From: Campylobacterota bacterium
GTDB taxonomy: Bacteria; Campylobacterota; Campylobacteria; Campylobacterales; Sulfurimonadaceae
Reading direction: 5' to 3'
Assembly (NCBI GenBank): GCA_040752835.1
Contig: JBFMGG010000003.1
Span: 226,490-290,489 of the forward strand
DNA: 64,000 nucleotides
Shown here piece by piece: positions 57,765 through 64,000 of the stretch (the stretch's first letter is position 1; every line of letters begins with the position of its first letter). Both the position numbers and the translations under genes were made by a program. The notes beneath the pieces were generated by a model, which was not told the DNA's origin, made no database searches, and saw nothing but the letters and a program-made list of their open reading frames with translations.

Positions 57765-57914
57765 ACTACACCTTGAAAAAAAATTTTGCTGGTTTTACCT
57801 GAAATTCGCACCGGATTCTCAGATCAAACAAGCAAGAGATTATAACCTCTTAATCCCAATGTGCGGTTTAAATTTATGGCGGAAAAACGGTGAAGGGGAG
57901 AAAAACGTCGAAGA

Positions 57915-58112
57915 AGAAAACGGAAAGCCCGGGCGGGCGTTTCGCAGTAGCTTTGGTTCTCAAAGCCGAAATAAAGCGGACCGAGCGTCTATCCGGCGGC
58001 AATCTCTCGCCCGTAGGCTCAAACGAGACCGCCGACACACCAAGACGTCTACCGGTTCCACTGTATAGAAATGTAGAACCCTCAAATGCGATTGATCGCT
58101 GCGCCCAGAATA
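57915..58112 (-). ncRNA. ssrS: Candidate 6S RNA
   Basis: A TATAAT sits at 58117-58122 on the minus strand. The ~190-nt transcript folds by eye into one long imperfect hairpin. Outer pairs: GGGCG (58102-58106)/CGCCC (57935-57939) and GGTTCT (58075-58080)/AGAACC (57955-57960). A 15 x 17-nt central bubble follows (58060-58074 vs 57961-57977). Inner pairs are GGAaCCG/CGGTCC, CGTCT/AGACG, CGGCGG/CCGCCG and TCTCG/CGAGA. It ends in a GC hairpin plus T-run (57917-57943). The position upstream of purD matches my recollection of epsilonproteobacterial 6S loci. Confidence 0.55.
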
Positions 58113-58145
58113 AAAGATTATAACGTATACGCTTTTAAAAAACGA

Positions 58146-58796
58146 TTATTTTTTGCCCGAACCGGCAATTTCACAGGCCATCTTAACGGCGGAGGCAACG
58201 CTGGTCTCCTCGCTCAAGCAGACATCGACCCCCTGCGGCAGCGCTTTTTCGGTCGTCATTCCGATCGCAACAACGCTGTGGGTATCCAAAAGCGCATACC
58301 GCTCCAGATAACACCGAATCGACGAGGGAGAGGTGAAAACCAATACCGCATTTTCGGGTATCTCGATTCCGTCGCTTTCGGGATTGCAGATCGTTTCGTA
58401 CACGATTGCTTCATCCACCGAAATCCCTTTTTCATTTCTCGCACGCTCAGCCCAGTCAGATGCCACCGTTTCAGGACGCAGGTAAAGCCAGCGCTTCCCT
58501 GCTCCGAAACGGCTCAGCAGATCGGGAAGGCTTTCACCGTAACCGTTTCCCGAAAAAACGTTGGCCGCACCTGCATTCCGGGCATGCTCGGCCGTCGGTT
58601 CGGAGACACAGACGCACAACAGCTCTTTCCAGTCAGCCTCATAGCGTTTCAGTGCTTCTATCCCCTGCTTGGAGGTAAATACGATTCCGTCGTATCGGGA
58701 AAAATCGATGAGAGGGGTTAAAAAACGGATGGCAAGGACGGGGACATGGACGACCCCCGGATAAGGGGTCTTGGAAACAAGATATACGGGGCGCAC
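58146..58796 (-). CDS. hemD: Uroporphyrinogen-III synthase
   Basis: 216 aa. HemD-like duplicated flavodoxin-type halves (YDGIVFTSKQGIEAL, VLVFTSPSSI). Directly downstream of guaA. Confidence 0.75.
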   Translation of the reverse strand: MRPVYLVSKTPYPGVVHVPVLAIRFLTPLIDFSRYDGIVFTSKQGIEALKRYEADWKELLCVCVSEPTAEHARNAGAANVFSGNGYGESLPDLLSRFGAGKRWLYLRPETVASDWAERARNEKGISVDEAIVYETICNPESDGIEIPENAVLVFTSPSSIRCYLERYALLDTHSVVAIGMTTEKALPQGVDVCLSEETSVASAVKMACEIAGSGKK

Positions 58797-58802
58797 GGCG
58801 CC

Positions 58803-60347
58803 TTATTCCCACTCGATCGTTGCGGGCGGTTTGGAGCTGATGTCGTAGACGACGCGGTTGATCCCTTCGACTTCGTTGATGATACGGCGACTGATCCGCT
58901 CGAGCAGGTCGTGCGGCAGGTGCGCGAACGTCGCGGTCATGCCGTCAACCGCTTCGACGACCCGGACACAGACCGTATTGTCGTAGGTACGGTTATCCCC
59001 CATCACCCCGACGCTTTTCACGTTGAGCAGCACGGCAAAAGCCTGCCACGTGCGGGTATAGTAACCGCTGGCTTTGAGCTCGTCGAGCAAAATAACGTCG
59101 GCTTCGCGGAGAATATCCAGATCGGCTTTGTTCACCTCTCCCATGATGCGGATCGCCAGACCCGGCCCCGGGAACGGATGGCGGTAGACAAGCGATTCGG
59201 GAAGTCCCAGTTCGAGTCCCAGTTTACGCACTTCGTCTTTGAACAGGTCGCGCAACGGCTCGATCAGTTCGAAATCCATCCAGTCGGGAAGCCCCCCGAC
59301 GTTGTGGTGGCTTTTGATCGTGACCGACGCGCCGTTGGGAGAAATCGATTCGATGACGTCGGGATAAAGGGTCCCCTGCGCGAGGAATTTGATTCCCTGG
59401 TGTTTTTTCGCTTCCGCTTCGAACACTTCAATAAACGTATGTCCGATAATTTTACGCTTGGTCTCGGGGTCGGTGACGCCGGCGAGCTTGGAGAGGAAAG
59501 TCTCCGACGCATCGGCAACGACGAGAGGGACTTTGAGGTGGACTTTGAAAATATTTTCGACCGACTCTTTTTCCCCCTTGCGAAGGACGCCGTTGTCGAC
59601 GAATACCGGGATCAGCTGATCGCCGATCGCTTCGTACAGCAGTGCCGCGACAACCGAAGAATCGACCCCGCCGCTCAGGGCACACAGAACTTTCCCGTCT
59701 CCCACCCGTTCACGGATTTTGACGATCTGTTCTTTAAGGAAATGTCCCATATCCCATTTTTCGGTGATGCCGCAGATTTTGCGGGCGAAATTGCGCAGCA
59801 TCAGGTACCCTTCTTCGGAATGGTTCACTTCCGGATGATACTGCATCGCGTAGATACGGCGCGATTCATCGGCGATTGCCGCAAACGGCGAGTTGGCAGA
59901 GTGGGCGATGGGCGTAAACCCTTCGGGGAGGACGTCGACTTTGTCCGAATGGCTCATCCATACGATCCGCTCGTTCTCACAGTTGTCGAACAAGGGGGAT
60001 TTTTTCTCCGTGTCGATAAACAATTCCGCTTTGCCGTATTCATGGTGATCGCTGCGGACAACCGAACCGCCGAAGTCGACGGCGATACGCTGCATCCCGT
60101 AACAGATCCCCAGAACGGGAACTCCCAGTTTGTAGACCTCCCGGTCCACTTCGTAAGCGTCTTTGTTATAGACCGACGAAGGGCCGCCGCTGAGGATGAT
60201 CCCTTTGGGATTTTTTGCTTTGATCGCTTCTGCGCTTGTCCGGTAAGGGAGAACTTCGCAGTAGATTTTGTCTTCACGCAGACGGCGGGCAATCAGTTGC
60301 GTATACTGTGATCCGAAATCAAGAACGATGATACTAACGTCTTTCAC
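58803..60347 (-). CDS. guaA: GMP synthase (glutamine-hydrolysing)
   Basis: 514 aa. GATase ICYGMQ, PP-loop [10 protein letters not shown], and C-terminal PPATIEWE. Confidence 0.97.
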   Translation of the reverse strand: MKDVSIIVLDFGSQYTQLIARRLREDKIYCEVLPYRTSAEAIKAKNPKGIILSGGPSSVYNKDAYEVDREVYKLGVPVLGICYGMQRIAVDFGGSVVRSDHHEYGKAELFIDTEKKSPLFDNCENERIVWMSHSDKVDVLPEGFTPIAHSANSPFAAIADESRRIYAMQYHPEVNHSEEGYLMLRNFARKICGITEKWDMGHFLKEQIVKIRERVGDGKVLCALSGGVDSSVVAALLYEAIGDQLIPVFVDNGVLRKGEKESVENIFKVHLKVPLVVADASETFLSKLAGVTDPETKRKIIGHTFIEVFEAEAKKHQGIKFLAQGTLYPDVIESISPNGASVTIKSHHNVGGLPDWMDFELIEPLRDLFKDEVRKLGLELGLPESLVYRHPFPGPGLAIRIMGEVNKADLDILREADVILLDELKASGYYTRTWQAFAVLLNVKSVGVMGDNRTYDNTVCVRVVEAVDGMTATFAHLPHDLLERISRRIINEVEGINRVVYDISSKPPATIEWE

Positions 60348-60440
60348 GGGAAAGCCTTTAAGATTGAAATGTGGGGAAGGGGGAGGTACCCTAATGCTAA
60401 ATGCAAGGGTACCCTAATGTAGTTTAATTTTGAATATGGC

Positions 60441-61769
60441 TTAATAAATACCCAGCACGACAAACTGGTAATACCACACCGCCAGCGAGACGAAATATCC
60501 GATCAAGACCGTCCATGCAAGCCGGATATGGGCGGCAAAAGTGTAAATTCCCTGCATTTTCCCCATAACGCCCACACCCGCAGCGCTTCCGAAACTGATC
60601 AGCGATCCGCCGATTCCGGCGGTCATCGTCACCAGCATCCACTGCGCATGGTCGATCGCCGGATTCGCTTTGAGCACCGCCGACATCACGGGAACGTTAT
60701 CGACGATCGCCGAAAGGAATCCTACGCCGATGTTGACGAGCGTCGGGTCGAAAACTTCATAAAGTTTCGCTGCATACGCCAAAACTCCGATAAAGTGGAG
60801 TGCTCCCACTGCCGCCAAAATACCGAAAAAGAAAAGGAGCGTATTGTTTTCGATTTTGCTCATTGCCTGAAAAATACTGACGTCGACATGGTGTTTCTTT
60901 TTGAGAAAATACATGTACAGCTGCAAAATCGCCAAACCGAACAGCATCCCCCACATAGGGGGAAGGTGCAACAGCTGTTTGCCCGCCACCGCGAGCGCAA
61001 TCGTCAGGGCGCCGAACGCAATGATCACTTTACCCCCTTTGAGAATTTCGATTTTCGCCGCTTCTTCGGGATTTCCGTCCCCCAGCGGATCGATATCGGG
61101 GACATAGCGGCTCAAAAGATACGCCGTGACGAACCAACCCAGAAACGATGCGGGGAAAAGATAGAGGAAATCGACGAATGCCCCTTTTTCCGCCGCCCAC
61201 ACCATCAGGGTCGTAATGTCTCCAAACGGGCTCCACGCACCGCCGGCATTCGCCGCGACGACCACGTTAATCGCCCCGGGGACAAGAAACTCTTTGGTCT
61301 TGTTGTCGATGGTGAGCAGCACCGTGGAAAGGATCAGTGCCGTCGTGAGGTTATCGGCGACGGGAGAGATGAAAAAGGCCAGCAACCCCGTAATCCAGAA
61401 AAGTTCGCGGTAGCTGTACCCTTTCGCGATAAGCTTGGCGCGCAACGCACTGAAAACGCCCCGTTCGATCAGCGCCTCGATGTAGGTCATCGCGACGAAC
61501 AGGAAGAAAAAGATTTCGGCGATCTCAAGGATCAGATGGTCAATTTCGTGTTCAAACGGGGTAAAATCGGCCCCGACCGCAGCGTAATAAATACCGATGA
61601 GCACAAACATCAGCGTTCCGGTAAAAAGGGCGGGTTTGGCTTTGTCGATATGGTATTTCTCTTCCGCGGCGATAAAATAATATCCCACCACGAAAATAGC
61701 CAGTAGCAGCCATCCGAACGGATGGCCGACGAAATTGAGCGCGGTGTGTTCCGCAGCCGCAGTTGTCAT
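60441..61769 (-). CDS. NhaD/ArsB-superfamily sodium:proton antiporter-like permease
   Basis: 442 aa, ~12 TM. NhaD-like segments (FFISPVADNLTTALI, LSAIVDNVPV). 4-nt overlap with the nadB stop. Confidence 0.75.
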   Translation of the reverse strand: MTTAAAEHTALNFVGHPFGWLLLAIFVVGYYFIAAEEKYHIDKAKPALFTGTLMFVLIGIYYAAVGADFTPFEHEIDHLILEIAEIFFFLFVAMTYIEALIERGVFSALRAKLIAKGYSYRELFWITGLLAFFISPVADNLTTALILSTVLLTIDNKTKEFLVPGAINVVVAANAGGAWSPFGDITTLMVWAAEKGAFVDFLYLFPASFLGWFVTAYLLSRYVPDIDPLGDGNPEEAAKIEILKGGKVIIAFGALTIALAVAGKQLLHLPPMWGMLFGLAILQLYMYFLKKKHHVDVSIFQAMSKIENNTLLFFFGILAAVGALHFIGVLAYAAKLYEVFDPTLVNIGVGFLSAIVDNVPVMSAVLKANPAIDHAQWMLVTMTAGIGGSLISFGSAAGVGVMGKMQGIYTFAAHIRLAWTVLIGYFVSLAVWYYQFVVLGIY

Positions 61770-63217
61770 TCTTTGTCTCCTTGTGTAATAAAATGGACTC
61801 CGATCGATTCGGTCCGGTTCTGTGCCGATTGGACGATGCAGCGCGCCGTCAGAAGACGCAGCCGCAACAATCTTCCCACGCCGCTTCGCAACATCTCTTC
61901 AATCGCTTCCAACGCGTTCTGAAGCCCTTTTGGGGTACGGACGATCGAGACATGGTCCCACATCACGCGGCGCAGTGCGTCTTTTTTCTCCTTGTCCCCG
62001 GGTAGTTCCAGCGGTTCGGTTCCCGTTTCGAACGCCCCCCCGCACCCTTGGGATTTTGTTGTGAGGATCGTCTTTGCCGCCTCTTTGGCAAACACAAGCC
62101 CTTCCAGCAACGAATTGCTCGCCAGACGGTTCGCGCCGTGGACTCCCGTAGAGGCCGCCTCGCCTACCGCATACAGCCCTTCTATGCCCGGAACGGAGCC
62201 GTGTAGGTCGGTTTTGATCCCCCCTACGGCATAATGGAACGCCGGAGAGATCGGGACCCTCTCTTTGGGGAGATGAAATCCAAGGTCGTTGAGCGATTTG
62301 TAAATATTGGGGAAGCGCTCTTTGAAATATTCACTCTCGAAATGCTCGCACGAAAGATAGGCCTGTTTCCCGGTACGCTGGCGGTAATCGAAAATCGCCC
62401 GGCTGACGATGTCCCGGGGTGCCAGTTCCCCTCTTGCGTCGTATTCGAACAAAAAACGGTAGCCGTTTTCGTCCACGACGTGGGCCCCTTCACCGCGCAG
62501 CGCTTCGGTCAGCAGCAGCTTTCTGGCCCAGTTGTTCGCCACAAAAACGGTCGGATGGAACTGCGTCATCTCCATCGATTCCAGAGCGATCCCTTTTTCC
62601 AGACAGATCCCCTGTAAATCGCCGCTGATCGTGGAAGCGTTGGTGTGAAATTCGTACAAAGACCCCACCCCGCCGCTGGCGATCACGACGTTGTCGGCAC
62701 GGATAAGGCGCCGTTTTCCTTCACTGACCACTTCGACGCCGCAACAGCGGCCGTTTTCGATCAACAAATCGACGACGGTCGCATCGCTGAGCATCGGATG
62801 GGGATTTTGCTGCAACAGGAAAAAATGGAGGTATCGGCCCGTCGCGTCCCCTCCCGCATGAAGAATACGGCTGCGCGAGTGGGCCGCCTCTTTGGTGTAG
62901 AGCAGATGCCCTTCCTCATCCCGGTCAAACAAAAAACCGCGCTCGATCAGATCGCGGATCACCTCTTGCGAATGTCCGCTCATGAGCCGTACCGCTTCGA
63001 CGTTGCACATTCCGGCCCCCGCATCGAGGGTATCGGCGACATGAGAGGGGATATCCTCATCATCGTAGGCGGTCGTCACCCCCCCCTGGGCGTAATAGGT
63101 ATTGCACTCCCAAGGGTACGATTTGTTGATAACGAGGACTCTGAGCGTTTCGGGCAATCCGATGGCCGTATAGAGCCCGGCAACCCCCGATCCGATAATC
63201 ACGACATCATAGCGCAA
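61766..63217 (-). CDS. nadB: L-aspartate oxidase
   Basis: FAD motif YDVVIIGSGVAGL, AQGG, HSRSRILHAGGDATG, and GGIKTD. I place the start at TTG 63217 (MRYDVVIIGSG, AAGAGG 10 nt upstream). The track's 32-residue Arg/Trp-rich extension to 63313 looks non-coding in that frame. Confidence 0.88.
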   Translation of the reverse strand: MRYDVVIIGSGVAGLYTAIGLPETLRVLVINKSYPWECNTYYAQGGVTTAYDDEDIPSHVADTLDAGAGMCNVEAVRLMSGHSQEVIRDLIERGFLFDRDEEGHLLYTKEAAHSRSRILHAGGDATGRYLHFFLLQQNPHPMLSDATVVDLLIENGRCCGVEVVSEGKRRLIRADNVVIASGGVGSLYEFHTNASTISGDLQGICLEKGIALESMEMTQFHPTVFVANNWARKLLLTEALRGEGAHVVDENGYRFLFEYDARGELAPRDIVSRAIFDYRQRTGKQAYLSCEHFESEYFKERFPNIYKSLNDLGFHLPKERVPISPAFHYAVGGIKTDLHGSVPGIEGLYAVGEAASTGVHGANRLASNSLLEGLVFAKEAAKTILTTKSQGCGGAFETGTEPLELPGDKEKKDALRRVMWDHVSIVRTPKGLQNALEAIEEMLRSGVGRLLRLRLLTARCIVQSAQNRTESIGVHFITQGDKE

Positions 63218-63335
63218 CGGAAGGACCCTCTTTCGGGGACGGTTTCTCGTAGTACGGCGGGGCTTTATAACCGCATCCGCCCAATATCGCCGCGAATACG
63301 GCCAACGCCGCAAGCGCCATCAATCTTTTTGACAT
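63207..63335 (-). CDS. Small lipoprotein (42 aa), possibly LptM/YifL-like
   Basis: Not in the ORF track (<60 aa). The minus strand reads AAGGGGAtgtATG, then MSKRLMALAALAVFAAILGGCGYKAPPYYEKPSPKEGPSVAL*. This has a classic lipobox (ILGG|C) followed by CG.K.P.Y. Its stop overlaps the proposed nadB TTG start. Confidence 0.5.
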   Translation of the reverse strand: MSKRLMALAALAVFAAILGGCGYKAPPYYEKPSPKEGPSVAL

Positions 63336-63460
63336 ACATCCCCTTTTCGTGATTCGGGGCGACCCTCGCCGGATCCCCTTACGGATGCCGATTCGGGCAG
63401 CATCTTTTCTTTCGACGATGGTATAATAGCTTCTATAAATAACTGATTAAGAGATAGCCG

Positions 63461-64000
63461 ATGATCGATCAAATCCGCTCCCTTCCTTCACAGGCGGGAA
63501 TCTATCAATACCTCGACGCTTCGGGGCGCATTCTCTACATCGGCAAAGCCAAAAACCTCGCCAAACGGGTCAAAAGCTATTTTAACCTGACCCCGGCACT
63601 GTCACCGAAATCCACACTCTCGCTGCGCATTCAGAAGATGCTCTCTGAAACGGCGGGGCTCCATTACATCGTCGTCGAAAACGAACACGACGCTCTGATT
63701 CTCGAAAATTCCCTCATTAAACAGCTCAAGCCCAAATACAACATCCTCCTGCGCGACGATAAAACCTATCCTTATCTTTACGTCGACCTGGACGATCCCT
63801 ACCCCCGTTTCGAACTGACCCGGAAAATCATCAAAGGGAAATCGATCCGCTATTTCGGCCCTTTTTCGACGGGGGGGCGCGACATTCTCGATTCGCTCTA
63901 CGAACTCCTCAAACTGGTCCAGAAAAAAAGCTGCGTCAAAGGGAAAAAAGCGTGCCTGTTCTACCAGATGGGCCAATGCCTGGGCCCCTGCGAATACCCG
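63461..64000 (+). CDS. uvrC: Excinuclease ABC subunit C (5' part; continues beyond the window)
   Basis: Open frame from the ATG at 63461 to the window end. [41 protein letters not shown] is the GIY-YIG domain. ...[13 protein letters not shown] is the Cys-rich UvrC region. TGgTATAAT at 63419-63427 upstream. Confidence 0.93.
   Translation, partial: MIDQIRSLPSQAGIYQYLDASGRILYIGKAKNLAKRVKSYFNLTPALSPKSTLSLRIQKMLSETAGLHYIVVENEHDALILENSLIKQLKPKYNILLRDDKTYPYLYVDLDDPYPRFELTRKIIKGKSIRYFGPFSTGGRDILDSLYELLKLVQKKSCVKGKKACLFYQMGQCLGPCEYP

Noticed and set aside
57915-57945. Plus-strand GGAAAGCCCGGGC (57922-57934), which resembles the RNase P RNA P4 motif GGAAAGUCCGGGC. This raised the possibility of rnpB in the hemD-purD gap.
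   Set aside because: The partner P4 strand (ACAGAACCCGGCUUA-like, needing GGGCUU) and the other conserved regions are missing, and the region is too short once purD signals are excluded. The word is the complement of the GC hairpin that ends the minus-strand 6S-like RNA.
61766-63313. A 515-aa version of NadB starting at 63313.
   Set aside because: The first 32 residues (MRRWPYSRRYWADAVIKPRRTTRNRPRKRVLP) are Arg/Trp-rich and precede the canonical Rossmann start YDVVIIGSG. The same DNA encodes a textbook lipoprotein signal peptide in another frame. The TTG start at 63217 is preferred.

Overview
This 64-kb window is a chromosomal segment with Campylobacterota (epsilonproteobacterial) character. 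DnaK, GrpE, LptD, the RDD protein and PurD look epsilon-like. As I recall, the atpE-pnp-...-lptD-RDD-purD order matches the Helicobacter pylori HP1212-HP1218 region. GC content is fairly high for the group and third codon positions are GC-rich. I can support about 62 protein genes (one, uvrC, runs off the 3' end), two tRNAs (Phe-GAA, Leu-GAG), one candidate 6S RNA upstream of purD, and one candidate cobalamin riboswitch in the 520-nt metE leader. I also list a few sigma70-type promoters and hairpin terminators.

Most genes are housekeeping:
- purine synthesis: purC, purS, purQ, purD, guaA
- fatty acid synthesis: accA, fabF, acpP, fabG, plsC
- cell envelope: mraY, murD, lptD and an MCE (MlaD-like) protein
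- chaperones: grpE-dnaK, hsp20
- other core functions: lepA, prs, argJ, rpmB, rpe, trpF, gpmI, metE, ahpC, pnp, atpE, hemD, nadB

I saw no transposase, integrase, CRISPR array or rRNA.

Three patches are not ordinary housekeeping:
1. Next to the 3' end of tRNA-Leu lies a translationally coupled four-gene operon: a BRCT-like/LRV-repeat protein, a MoxR-type AAA+ ATPase, a metallopeptidase-like vWA protein, and a Pif1/RecD-like SF1B helicase. A gene pair encoding a hyper-acidic small protein and a DEDDh exonuclease sits beside it. The operon is my best candidate for an undescribed system.
2. Next to tRNA-Phe is a plasmid-type small ParA with a 72-aa putative ribbon-helix-helix (RHH) partner. Each gene is preceded by a copy of a 17-nt AT-rich repeat. 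A kinase-like gene nearby sits behind a perfect Fur-like palindrome.
3. An HDOD protein overlaps a STAS-REC-STAS-CheX-like multidomain signalling protein.

The many long antisense ORFs in the track are codon-register shadows of real genes and are rejected.
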